Assembly (NCBI GenBank): GCA_038046085.1
Contig: JBBSWW010000020.1
Span: forward strand, 1-52,771
Direction: 5' to 3'
Length of the DNA: 52,771 nucleotides
Origin: Nanobdellota archaeon
Lineage (GTDB): Archaea; Nanobdellota; Nanobdellia; SCGC-AAA011-G17; GW2011-AR18
Of this stretch, positions 1 through 8,668 are shown in pieces (positions within the stretch are counted from its first letter, which is position 1; each line of letters opens with the position of its first letter). A program made the translations under genes and the position numbers. The notes below the pieces were generated by a model. That model was not told the DNA's origin and did no database searches. It saw only the letters and a program-made list of their open reading frames with translations.

Positions 1-15
1 ATATATGGAAAACTA

Positions 16-23
16 TTTATATA
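16..23 (+). promoter_or_regulatory. TATA-box-like element TTTATATA upstream of the vapB-like gene
   Basis: TTTATATA lies 30 nt upstream of the ATG at 53. The same box and spacing recur upstream of many genes in this window. Confidence 0.35.
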
Positions 24-52
24 ATAAAATTATACATAATGTTATACAAAAA

Positions 53-256
53 ATGGAAATTTTGACAAAAACAAGGAAGATAGGAGGTTCTCTAATAGTT
101 ACAATACCAAAAAATGTTGTAGAAGAACAGAACCTTAAAGAGAATCAGAGTGTTATAATAGAAATTAAAAAATGTAAAAAATCTGGTTTTGGAGTATCTA
201 AAGGTCTAGCATCATTTTCAAAAGAAGACAGGTTTAGGGGACAATTGGAAAAATGA
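53..256 (+). CDS. vapB: AbrB/SpoVT-fold antitoxin (VapB-like)
   Basis: GGSLIVTIPKNVVEEQNL matches the AbrB/MazE swapped-hairpin motif. A 4-nt ATGA overlap couples it to the downstream PIN gene. The ORF-track start at 5 is probably too long; the ATG at 53 sits behind a TATA box. Confidence 0.6.
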   Translation: MEILTKTRKIGGSLIVTIPKNVVEEQNLKENQSVIIEIKKCKKSGFGVSKGLASFSKEDRFRGQLEK

Positions 257-642
257 ATAAGTTTGTTATAGATACTTATGCGTGGATTGAATACTTTAAT
301 GGTACTATTATGGGAAATAAAGTAAAGGATATAGTGGAGAATACGGATAATAATATCTATACAAATGTTATATCAGTTGCAGAATTAGCAAGTTCATATA
401 AGAGAAATTCTTTGAGTTTTGATAATGAAAAAGAGTCATTAATATTATTGTCTAATATTTTTTTGATAGATTTTGATTTTGCTCAAGAAGCTGGGATATT
501 GCATGCTACTCTAAAAAAAGACAGAAAACATATTAGTATGGCCGACATATTCATCTTATTGACAGCAAAGAAACTAAATGCTCATGTAGTTACTGGAGAT
601 CAGGATTTCAAAGGACTTAAAGATGTAATTTTACTTAAATAA
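253..642 (+). CDS. vapC: PIN-domain ribonuclease toxin (VapC-like)
   Basis: It has the N-terminal FVIDTYAWIEY (first acidic residue) and the C-terminal VVTGDQDF motif. At 129 aa it is the right size, and it is translationally coupled to the AbrB-type antitoxin. Confidence 0.7.
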   Translation: MNKFVIDTYAWIEYFNGTIMGNKVKDIVENTDNNIYTNVISVAELASSYKRNSLSFDNEKESLILLSNIFLIDFDFAQEAGILHATLKKDRKHISMADIFILLTAKKLNAHVVTGDQDFKGLKDVILLK

Positions 643-936
643 TTAATATATTATTCTCTTTAATTCTAAACTTCCTATGGAAGCCTCATAAAACACTGTT
701 TGGTCACTGGACACGACACGGACGCTCGCCAGGTTTATATATTAAATTCCTTATTATTATATTTAGAGGTTTGGTCGTTATAAGACGTTAACAGGAAAAT
801 GTTTCCCCCGAAACAACTTTTCAATAAAGTGCTTGGATTTTCCAATAATCCTTCACTTAAGTTTATGAATTCTGTTGACGTTTTAAATGATGCAAACAAA
901 ATTGAAAAAAAACCGAAAGGAAATGGAGGAATAGAT

Positions 937-1203
937 ATGGCAAAACCAATAAAAAAATACAGGAGTGGCCAGTTAGAAGCTGCTATATGGGAGAATGATA
1001 GAGAAGTAAACGGGAATATTGTTTCTTTTAAGACAGTTAGCTTAAGAAAGAGCTGGCATGATAAGGAAAAAAACATCTGGAGAGATAGTACAATCCAGTT
1101 AAGGAGAAATGACATACAGAAGGTACTTGTTATCTTGCAGAAAGTGCAGGAAGACTTATTGTTAGCACAAGAAAATGAAGAGGGAGATGATGAAGATGAG
1201 TAG
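937..1203 (+). CDS. small basic protein with an acidic C-terminal tail (possible ssDNA-binding/PC4-YdbC-like)
   Basis: The ATG at 937 is preceded by GGAGGA (925-930). The 88-aa product ends [10 protein letters not shown], and its stop overlaps the radA start region. The ORF-track start at 799 is unlikely to be correct. Confidence 0.45.
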   Translation: MAKPIKKYRSGQLEAAIWENDREVNGNIVSFKTVSLRKSWHDKEKNIWRDSTIQLRRNDIQKVLVILQKVQEDLLLAQENEEGDDEDE

Positions 1204-2209
1204 AAAAGTTGAAATATTAGAACAGGTCCAGGAGACTATGGAAGAAGTTAAGACACAAAAAAAGCCTAATGTCATGTCTGTTGAAGACTTGCCAGGTGTT
1301 GGTCCTGCAACTGCAGAGAAATTAAAAGAATCTGGTTTTGATACTTTATTATCATTAGCTGTTGCATCTCCAGGAGAATTAGTTGAGGCTGGTGGTCTGA
1401 CTGAAGCTACTGCTCGTAAAGTCATAAAAGCTGCTCGTGATACTATGAATATGGGTTTCGAGTCTGGTGAAGAAGTTTTCGAAAAAAGAAAGAGTATCAT
1501 GAAGATAACTACATGCGCAAAAGGTCTTGATTCATTATTTGGTGGTGGTATTGAATCTGGTGCTATTACTGAATGTTATGGTGAGTTTGGTTCAGGTAAA
1601 TCTTCTATTGCTCATCAGTTAGCAGTTAGTACACAATTACCAAAAGAGCAAGGTGGTGCTGAGGGTATGGTTGTATGGCTTGATACTGAATCAACTTTTA
1701 GGCCAGAGAGGATTAAGCAGATATGTGAAGGTCGTGGTTTAGACGTTAGCACTACACTAAAAAATATTAAAGTTGCTAGATGTTTTAATTCAGATCATCA
1801 GATGCTTCTTGCTGAAAAAGTTGAGGATTTGATTAAAGAGGGTAATCAAGTTAAATTGGTTATTGTTGACTCTTTGATGTCTCATTTTAGGGCAGATTTT
1901 TCTGGTCGTGGTCAGTTGGCTGATAGACAACAAAAACTGAATAAGCACATGCATGCATTACAAAAACTTGCAACTTCATATAACCTTGCTGTTTATGTAA
2001 CTAATCAAGTAATGTCAAAGCCTGATACTTTCTTTGGTGATCCTACTGCAGCTATTGGTGGACATATTGTTGGGCATAATTCAACTTATCGTGTTTACTT
2101 GAGGAAAGGTAAGAAGGGTACTAGAGTTGCTAAGATGATTGATGCACCTCATTTGCCTGATACTGAAGCTATTTTCCAAGTGACTGAGAAGGGTATTGAG
2201 GATGTCTAA
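1175..2209 (+). CDS. radA: DNA repair and recombination protein RadA
   Basis: It has an N-terminal HhH segment ([17 protein letters not shown]), Walker A GEFGSGKS and Walker B LVIVDS, and resembles archaeal RadA/Rad51 over its full length. The start may instead be the ATG at 1196. Confidence 0.95.
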   Translation: MKREMMKMSRKVEILEQVQETMEEVKTQKKPNVMSVEDLPGVGPATAEKLKESGFDTLLSLAVASPGELVEAGGLTEATARKVIKAARDTMNMGFESGEEVFEKRKSIMKITTCAKGLDSLFGGGIESGAITECYGEFGSGKSSIAHQLAVSTQLPKEQGGAEGMVVWLDTESTFRPERIKQICEGRGLDVSTTLKNIKVARCFNSDHQMLLAEKVEDLIKEGNQVKLVIVDSLMSHFRADFSGRGQLADRQQKLNKHMHALQKLATSYNLAVYVTNQVMSKPDTFFGDPTAAIGGHIVGHNSTYRVYLRKGKKGTRVAKMIDAPHLPDTEAIFQVTEKGIEDV

Positions 2210-2246
2210 TTCAGGATTTCTTTATTTTTTTTAATTTGTAAACATT

Positions 2247-2254
2247 TTTAAATA
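2247..2254 (+). promoter_or_regulatory. TATA-box-like element upstream of the large adhesin gene
   Basis: TTTAAATA lies 39 nt upstream of the TTG start at 2293. An AGGTG Shine-Dalgarno-like motif (2279-2283) lies between them. Confidence 0.35.
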
Positions 2255-2292
2255 TTGCAGATTATATTTCTTAATAAAAAGGTGTTAAAAAT

Positions 2293-5200
2293 TTGAAAAT
2301 TTCAAGGTATGAAAAGATTAAGCAGCTTAATGAGCAAATAAACTTTTTTAAGCAGGAAAAAGAGAAGGCTATTAGTTCAGGCAACAAGACTCTTGCTTTT
2401 AAGTATGACTCATTAATTAGAAAGGAAAGAATAAATATTGAAAGATTAGATTCCCATAAAAAAAATAATACAAGAGTCTATATTCTCTTGATTGTCATAT
2501 CTGCTTTTGTATTCTCTTTTTTTGTTTTTGATTATGTAAAGACCGGATTTATTGTTGGTAATATAACATCTAATAATACTATTTTAATTCCTAATGCACA
2601 GATTGGAGGCAATATCACACTTCACTTGAAACCTGGTGATTTTATAGGTAATAATATTACAATTAATGTAAGCATTACTAATACTTCTGGTGGTATAACA
2701 AATACTCTCAGCAGAGCTCTCATGACATTGCCAAGTTTTTTTAATAATGCTTCTGAATGGCATTGCAAGAATGATTCATCCCCTTCTTCTAATACTTTTG
2801 TTGATGTTGATAATGTTAGGAACTTTGAGGGTGGTTCTGGTATTGGTTTTGGATATAATGGTTCTGCTGGTTGCACTAATATATTTCAGGTTAATATAAC
2901 ATCTTTTATTCCGTCACTAAATGTTCCACTATATATTAGTGGTCAGTCATTTAATTTATCTGTGAACATTACTTATAACCTAAGCGGACAAGGTCAGGAG
3001 CAAGTCCTTTATTTTTCTAAATTATTATTTATTAATAGGCCTCCTAATATTTCTAGTGTTAACATAATTCCAGCGTCTGCATCAACACATGATTCTATAT
3101 TTGCAGATATTACTGGTCTTGGTGATCCTGATGATATGGGTTCTGTTGAAGCTAACAATGTTAGTTATAATTGGTACGTTAATAATAAGTCTCTAACACT
3201 GTTATATCTTCCATTTACTAATTATATATATTCTCATGATGGTAATACAATGTTTGATTTTAGCGGTCACAATATTAAGAATACTTTTATTCAGGGAGCA
3301 ACTTATACTAATGATAATTGTACTATTGGTGGTTGTTATAGAACAGATGTGAATCCTGCTTTTGGTATAGAAGGGGGTAGTGTTAGACCTGATCATTTTT
3401 CTATGAGGAATTTTACTGTTTTGTTTTGGTATAATCCTAGTAGTACTCCTCCTATTGCAAGTGCTGCAAGTACTAGGGATTACGTTCTTAGATTTTTTGA
3501 TCTTGATTATGGTAATAATGATAATAATGATGAATTGTTCTCTATTGGCTTTACTAATCTTAGTGTTGTTGATGCTGGTAATTTAACTGTGTATATTAAT
3601 TATGCTAATGAATCTTTTGGTAATTATTCTCAAACTTTTGCTTCTAATAATAGTAATTTTTCTGTTAAGAGGTTTATAGCTGTTACTAGAGAAGTTAGTG
3701 TTGGCAAGAATAATGTAAGTGTTTTTTTTGATGTTGATTATGTAGCAAGTCTTAGTGCAGATGGAGGTTCTTTTGGAGGTGCAATCCTTAGTACTAATGG
3801 AGAAGCTAGGCAGATAGGTAAAATGATCGGCACTCTTGATGAATTGATGATTTTCAATAGGACATTAAGTATTGAACAGATAAATTCTTTTTACAATAAT
3901 GGTGTTGGTAATTACAGTAAGATAGTTAAAAATGAAATAAGAGCTAATGAAATTTGGAATGTTTCTGTTGTTCCTATTGATAATCTTGGTCTTAATGGTT
4001 CTATGATAATATCTAATTCTGTTGCTCCTGTAACAAAACCTTCACTTATTAATCCAAGAGGTTCTAAAGTAATTATTAATCCAAGGTTTAATATGAGTTT
4101 TAATTTCAGCACTCTTGGAGCTGTAGGACTTAAGAATGCAACAGTTTATGGCAATTGGAGTAATCTAATCTTTAAGACAAATAATTCTAATATATCCTCT
4201 CTTGTTTCAAGTTCTATTTTTTCTATTGATGTAAAGGGTATTGGTAATGGTACTTGGTCTTGGAATGTTGAAATTTGTAATTCTGATCATAATTGTCAGT
4301 TTAATAACTCCAATTTGACTTTTATTGCAAATAATGCTCCTAATATTTCTAGTGTTTCAATTCTGCCATCGTCTCCAACTGTGAGTTCTGATCTTCTTGC
4401 TAATATTACAGGTCTTACTGACTATGATGGGGATATTGTAGAAGTTAATAATCTGAGTTATAATTGGTATGTTAATCATTCCTCTCTTACTTTACTGAAC
4501 CTTCCTTTTAATGATATTATCTATGGTTCTGATGATAACTTCAATAATATGACTAACAGGACTATTTTTGATTATAGTGGTAATAACTTGTATACTGAAT
4601 TGAGAGGTGTTGCTGGTGCTGTTACTGGTGCTAATGCCAAATTCCCTAATTATACAACTAGCAACTGCACTATTGGTGGTTGCTATAAGTTTGATAATCA
4701 TAGGGCAGGTACATCATCCAACCATTATTATATTAATGTTAGTGATACAGGGGATATTACTCTAAGTATGGGCAAGCATTATTCAGTATTGTTTTGGTAT
4801 CATCCCGGAGGATTCATTAATGTTCTTGGAGCACGTGTTGTCTTTTCAAAAAGTACGGGTAGTGTTTTTAGAATGAATATTGCGAGAGCTACTGGAAACG
4901 GTCCAAATCTAAATTTTAATATGATTCATGTAAATAATACTATTACCTCCAAGACTGCCAATTTTACTATCTCTAATCCTACGGCCTCTAATCCTATATT
5001 TGTCGCATTATTATATGATGGAGAGACTGGTAATACTACATTGATTATTAATGGAACTCTTGCTCTTGAGGCTGAAGAAGCAGATAAGTTGTATGGTGCT
5101 ATTAGAAATGAAACAGGTTTAGCTGATACATCATTCCGTATTGGTTCTGCAGGGTCATTAAATACTGGCATTTTTGGTACTCTTGATGAATTCCAGATCT

Positions 5201-5928
5201 ATAATAGAACATTAACTCCTGCTCAGGTTATGGCTATTTATAATAATGGTAAGGGTAATTATAGTATTATTGTTAAGGAAGAATTATTATTAGATCAGAC
5301 ATGGAATGTCTCTGTCGTTCCTATTGATAATTTAGGTTTGAATGGTTCAAGAATTGTATCAAATTCTGTTACAGTCGCCACACCATCAGCTATCTCTTGT
5401 ACTTGGAGTAATGCTGCTTTGAATGTTAGTTTTGCTGATGGCCTTTCTCAGTCGCTATCTCAGGGCAATGTTTATAATGCTTCTAAGAACTTTGAGGGTT
5501 ATATTGGTTCTTCTTCTCAAAATGTTGGGATCAATTGGTCTTTGTATAACATCACTGCAGATTCTACAAATACTGCAAATGTTAATATCACAATCAAGGG
5601 AGATCACTTATTATCAAACAATAAAGTTATTGGTATAACAAATATTACTTGGATGACTAATGAGACTAATGGTAATGGTACTGATAGTTCTGGTCTTATC
5701 AGGAATTTTACTTATCTCGGTTCTAATTCTGCTGGTCAGAATTTTGAGGGTTATAACTTAACATTGATTAATGATGGTGATCCTAAACTTGCTTTGAGGA
5801 ATAGGAACTTTTCTAATCAGTTAGCAGCTGGTTCTACTGTATGGTTCAGGTTCTGGTTAAGAGTTCCATCCGGACAGCATGCGGGGAATTATGTTGGCAA
5901 TTATACTATGGAGTGCTCGGAAGCTTAA
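2293..5928 (+). CDS. giant TM-anchored surface protein with two LamG/concanavalin-like modules and a C-terminal fibre-subunit-like domain
   Basis: The TTG start lies 9 nt after AGGTG. The N-terminus is coiled-coil followed by one TM helix (VYILLIVISAFVFSFFVF). Two ~340-aa repeat modules each end GTLDE(L/F)xI(F/Y)NRTL...YNNG, which is the LamG_3 signature. There are dozens of N-x-S/T sequons. The last ~180 aa are paralogous to 7364..8089 and 9171..9722. Confidence 0.75.
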   Translation: MKISRYEKIKQLNEQINFFKQEKEKAISSGNKTLAFKYDSLIRKERINIERLDSHKKNNTRVYILLIVISAFVFSFFVFDYVKTGFIVGNITSNNTILIPNAQIGGNITLHLKPGDFIGNNITINVSITNTSGGITNTLSRALMTLPSFFNNASEWHCKNDSSPSSNTFVDVDNVRNFEGGSGIGFGYNGSAGCTNIFQVNITSFIPSLNVPLYISGQSFNLSVNITYNLSGQGQEQVLYFSKLLFINRPPNISSVNIIPASASTHDSIFADITGLGDPDDMGSVEANNVSYNWYVNNKSLTLLYLPFTNYIYSHDGNTMFDFSGHNIKNTFIQGATYTNDNCTIGGCYRTDVNPAFGIEGGSVRPDHFSMRNFTVLFWYNPSSTPPIASAASTRDYVLRFFDLDYGNNDNNDELFSIGFTNLSVVDAGNLTVYINYANESFGNYSQTFASNNSNFSVKRFIAVTREVSVGKNNVSVFFDVDYVASLSADGGSFGGAILSTNGEARQIGKMIGTLDELMIFNRTLSIEQINSFYNNGVGNYSKIVKNEIRANEIWNVSVVPIDNLGLNGSMIISNSVAPVTKPSLINPRGSKVIINPRFNMSFNFSTLGAVGLKNATVYGNWSNLIFKTNNSNISSLVSSSIFSIDVKGIGNGTWSWNVEICNSDHNCQFNNSNLTFIANNAPNISSVSILPSSPTVSSDLLANITGLTDYDGDIVEVNNLSYNWYVNHSSLTLLNLPFNDIIYGSDDNFNNMTNRTIFDYSGNNLYTELRGVAGAVTGANAKFPNYTTSNCTIGGCYKFDNHRAGTSSNHYYINVSDTGDITLSMGKHYSVLFWYHPGGFINVLGARVVFSKSTGSVFRMNIARATGNGPNLNFNMIHVNNTITSKTANFTISNPTASNPIFVALLYDGETGNTTLIINGTLALEAEEADKLYGAIRNETGLADTSFRIGSAGSLNTGIFGTLDEFQIYNRTLTPAQVMAIYNNGKGNYSIIVKEELLLDQTWNVSVVPIDNLGLNGSRIVSNSVTVATPSAISCTWSNAALNVSFADGLSQSLSQGNVYNASKNFEGYIGSSSQNVGINWSLYNITADSTNTANVNITIKGDHLLSNNKVIGITNITWMTNETNGNGTDSSGLIRNFTYLGSNSAGQNFEGYNLTLINDGDPKLALRNRNFSNQLAAGSTVWFRFWLRVPSGQHAGNYVGNYTMECSEA

Positions 5929-5954
5929 TAAATTATAAATACTTTCTTTAATCT

Positions 5955-6197
5955 ATGAATAATAAGCAGAAATTGTTCTTGGTATTCTCTTTATTTCAAT
6001 TATCAATCATATTTTTGATAAATCCATCATTTTATACTGGAGATATAACTGGTAGTACCGATGTTAGTATCACTACTGTTTCAGTTGTGGAAAAAGATAA
6101 CAATTTAGTTATTTATCTGTCTATTTTAGTTTTAGTCTTTTTTCTAATATTAATTATTATTAGGATTTATTTCTTAATTAGAAGATTAAAAAAATAG
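5955..6197 (+). CDS. small membrane protein (N-terminal signal/TM and C-terminal TM plus a basic tail)
   Basis: The 80-aa ORF has two hydrophobic segments and ends RRLKK. I recognise no family. Confidence 0.35.
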   Translation: MNNKQKLFLVFSLFQLSIIFLINPSFYTGDITGSTDVSITTVSVVEKDNNLVIYLSILVLVFFLILIIIRIYFLIRRLKK

Positions 6198-6238
6198 TTT
6201 ATAAAAATTAAATAAAAAAGAAAAAATTAACCCTCTCT

Positions 6239-7192
6239 TTATTGAGGTGTTAATGTTACAGCCAATGTTGTTGTCTGTCCACTATTTACTGTAGCTACAG
6301 TATTATGTTCCTGATATCCTGTTTTAACTAATCTTACAGTATGTTCTCCAGGTGCCAAGTTTGTTACAAACCTTGTAGTTAATCCTTTATAGACACCATC
6401 AACATATAGCTGTGCTCCTGTTGGCGTGCTTGAGACACTCAATGTGCCTGTCTGTACCAATGTAGCATTCAATGTTGTTGTCTGTCTTGAAGTTATTAAG
6501 ACACTTTCCGTTCTTGTAACGTATCCTGATTTCTGCAATCTTACTGTATGTGTTCCCACATCAAGATAATTCACTGCTGCTGTTCCTGCTGAATTTGCAG
6601 TTGCTCTCCATACATTGTTTACATAGACATATGCTCCCGGTGTTGTTATTACATATAGATTTCCTAGATTATCTAAGTTTCTCAGGTTTGCATTGAATAC
6701 GTGTGTATCACCTGATCTAAGTGCTGGATAGGTTATATTATCTAGGTGTCCATTCATATTAAATTTTAATTTCCATGTGTATAGTGTGTTTGCTAGCGGG
6801 ACATACCAATTTATTACTATAGGTGTTACTCCTGGGCATGCTGCATTGTCTCTTATGCACACTCTTGCTCCTGTTGGTGTTGATGCAAGATCAAATACTG
6901 TATATGGTACATCAAATGCTGTTGTTTGTCCTTCAACTACATCTAAATTTCCCCACCATGTTGAACCAATGCTCTCTTGTGATGCTACCTCAACATAATG
7001 TGTTCCTGCTGATAATTCCAATGTTACTGGTGTCATTCCAGAATGTAATCCCATATACTGGCTATCAACCCATACTGTTGAATCATCTGGTGCTGTAATC
7101 TGCAATGTTCCTGTTGCAAATACGCTTCCTACTAAAAATAAAAATAAACTCAAAACTACTAAAGAAATTGTTACTTTTCTTTTATTATTCAA
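6239..7192 (-). CDS. secreted PEGA-domain repeat protein
   Basis: It has an N-terminal signal peptide and repeated PEGA-type motifs (LAPGEHTVRLVKTGY, LDVGTHTVRLQKSGY, LSAGTHYVEV). Confidence 0.75.
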   Translation of the reverse strand: MNNKRKVTISLVVLSLFLFLVGSVFATGTLQITAPDDSTVWVDSQYMGLHSGMTPVTLELSAGTHYVEVASQESIGSTWWGNLDVVEGQTTAFDVPYTVFDLASTPTGARVCIRDNAACPGVTPIVINWYVPLANTLYTWKLKFNMNGHLDNITYPALRSGDTHVFNANLRNLDNLGNLYVITTPGAYVYVNNVWRATANSAGTAAVNYLDVGTHTVRLQKSGYVTRTESVLITSRQTTTLNATLVQTGTLSVSSTPTGAQLYVDGVYKGLTTRFVTNLAPGEHTVRLVKTGYQEHNTVATVNSGQTTTLAVTLTPQ

Positions 7193-7328
7193 TTTTTATC
7201 CCTCCATTTTTTTAAAATCTGCATTAAATTTTATTCATCGTATATATAAAGTTAGTTACAAAAGCAAAATATCTTTTGCAATATATATTTTAACTGATTA
7301 TATCTTATTTTTCTAGATTGTAGATAAA

Positions 7329-7336
7329 TTTATATA
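7329..7336 (+). promoter_or_regulatory. TATA-box-like element for the 7364-10654 operon
   Basis: TTTATATA lies 28 nt upstream of the GTG start at 7364, which is consistent with a leaderless or short-leader transcript. Confidence 0.35.
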
Positions 7337-7363
7337 GCAAAGTGGAGTATTTTAATAAAACAG

Positions 7364-8089
7364 GTGTTTCGGTTGATTGAAAAAAAAGGTTACGTTTCCA
7401 TTGTTCTTATACTTGCAATATTTATCACTCTAGGTTTTATTCTTGGTTATACATTATTTAAAGGCAATTCTAATATGATAACAGGTGCAGCTACAAGTAC
7501 TGTTGGTAATTTGACAGCTAATGTTGTTACTGCTGTTGCTTGCACATGGAGTAATGCTGCTTTGAATGTTAGTTTTGGTGAGGGTATTGCTCAGTCTTTA
7601 TCTCAGGGTTCTATATATAATGCTTCTAAGAATTATGAAGGATATATAGGTGCAGGAGCTCAGAATGCTGGCATCAACTGGACTTTGTATAATGTTACTG
7701 CAGATGTGACAAATACTGATAGTATAAATATCTCAATAAAAGGTTCTCATCTTTTAATTGGAATTAATACTTTAGGTATTAGCAATGTTACTTGGATGAC
7801 TAATGAGACGAATGGAAATGCTACTGATGCTGCTGGGAATACTCATAACTTTACTTATCTTGGATCATTTAATTCTACTATTGGACCTGGTCAGAATTTT
7901 GAAGGTTTTAATCTTACTTTGATTAATGATGGTGATCCTAAATTAGCTTTAAGAAACAGGAATTTTTCCAATCAGTTAGCAGCTGGTTCTACTGTTTGGT
8001 TCAGGTTCTGGCTTCATGTTCCAAGAGGACAGATTGGTGGAAGATACGTGGGAAATTATACGCAGACTTGTACTGCAGCAACAACTTAA
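7364..8089 (+). CDS. secreted fibre-subunit-like protein (paralogue of the adhesin C-terminal domain)
   Basis: The GTG start gives an N-terminus MFRLIEKKG/YVSIVLILAIFITLGF, which could be a class III (prepilin-like) or an ordinary signal. The domain ACTWSNAALNVSFG...WFRFWLHVPRGQIGGRYVGNYTQTC is about three-quarters identical by eye to residues encoded by 5389..5928. Confidence 0.6.
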   Translation: MFRLIEKKGYVSIVLILAIFITLGFILGYTLFKGNSNMITGAATSTVGNLTANVVTAVACTWSNAALNVSFGEGIAQSLSQGSIYNASKNYEGYIGAGAQNAGINWTLYNVTADVTNTDSINISIKGSHLLIGINTLGISNVTWMTNETNGNATDAAGNTHNFTYLGSFNSTIGPGQNFEGFNLTLINDGDPKLALRNRNFSNQLAAGSTVWFRFWLHVPRGQIGGRYVGNYTQTCTAATT

Positions 8090-8092
8090 AAG

Positions 8093-8668
8093 ATGGTGAT
8101 GAATAAAATATTATTTATTGTAGGGATGTTCTTAGTATGCATCTCACTTGTTAGTGCAAGCATCGGTGTAGGTATTTCTCCATCTAAAGTATTGGATCAG
8201 GTTGTCAGTAAACAGGAAAAGAATTATACTTTCACAATTTATAATACTGGTGATATTCCTGTTCTGATAAAGATGAGTGCATCTGATGAACTTGAAGGTA
8301 AAGTTAGATTCTATCCTGAAGAATTGTCTTTGCTTCCTGAGCCTGAACCTCATAGGCTTCCTCCTGTGAATGGTAAGGATATAATTGTTACAGTGAAAGC
8401 TCCTGTATCTCATGATTTGAAAAAGATTACAGGGCATATTGTTGCTACTGCTGGTGCTGCTCCTGGTTCTAGTTTTGGTGGTTCTGGTGCTGTTGCTTCA
8501 AGGTTTGAATTGATGATAGGCCCTCCTAAATATTTCTGGGATTATATGACAGACAAACAGATATTATTAGCAAATCTCGTTATATTATTGATCATTATAA
8601 TATTCATTGCGAGATGGATAATGAAAAAGAAGGGCATACACTTTGCTCTAGTTAAAGAAGAAGAATGA
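8093..8668 (+). CDS. membrane-anchored Ig-like accessory protein (signal peptide, beta-rich domain, C-terminal TM)
   Basis: The motif is SIGVGISPSKV...YTFTIYNTGDIPV...LLPEPEPHRLPPVNGK...GAVAS, followed by a C-terminal TM helix and a basic tail. It is a paralogue of 8665..9174. Confidence 0.55.
   Translation: MVMNKILFIVGMFLVCISLVSASIGVGISPSKVLDQVVSKQEKNYTFTIYNTGDIPVLIKMSASDELEGKVRFYPEELSLLPEPEPHRLPPVNGKDIIVTVKAPVSHDLKKITGHIVATAGAAPGSSFGGSGAVASRFELMIGPPKYFWDYMTDKQILLANLVILLIIIIFIARWIMKKKGIHFALVKEEE

Noticed and set aside
702-733. The GC-rich island considered as a tRNA or tRNA fragment.
   Set aside because: I could not build acceptor or T-arm pairings, there is no GTTCRANNC-like T-loop, and it is too short. 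It is kept only as an unexplained island in the findings.
735-1500. Minus-strand ORFs 735..1115 and 1162..1500, antisense to the radA-upstream ORF and to radA.
   Set aside because: They lie opposite strongly supported genes, have low-complexity hydrophobic translations and no motifs. They are typical shadow ORFs in AT-rich DNA.
2293-5928. The giant protein considered as the S-layer protein.
   Set aside because: An N-terminal cytoplasmic coiled-coil plus a TM anchor, duplicated lectin-like LamG modules and a C-terminal domain shared with small subunits fit an adhesin or fibre component better. The S-layer identity cannot be tested here.
7264-7279. The palindrome GCAAAA-TATC-TTTTGC in the PEGA/subunit divergent intergenic region, considered as an operator.
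   Set aside because: A 6-bp A/T-rich arm is expected by chance in this composition, and I saw no second copy.
5500-7700. INWSLYN and INWTLYN read as WxL motifs, implying homology to Gram-positive WxL-domain proteins.
   Set aside because: A three-residue match is not evidence of homology, and the third paralogue lacks it. Only the locus architecture is analogous, so I present it as an analogy.
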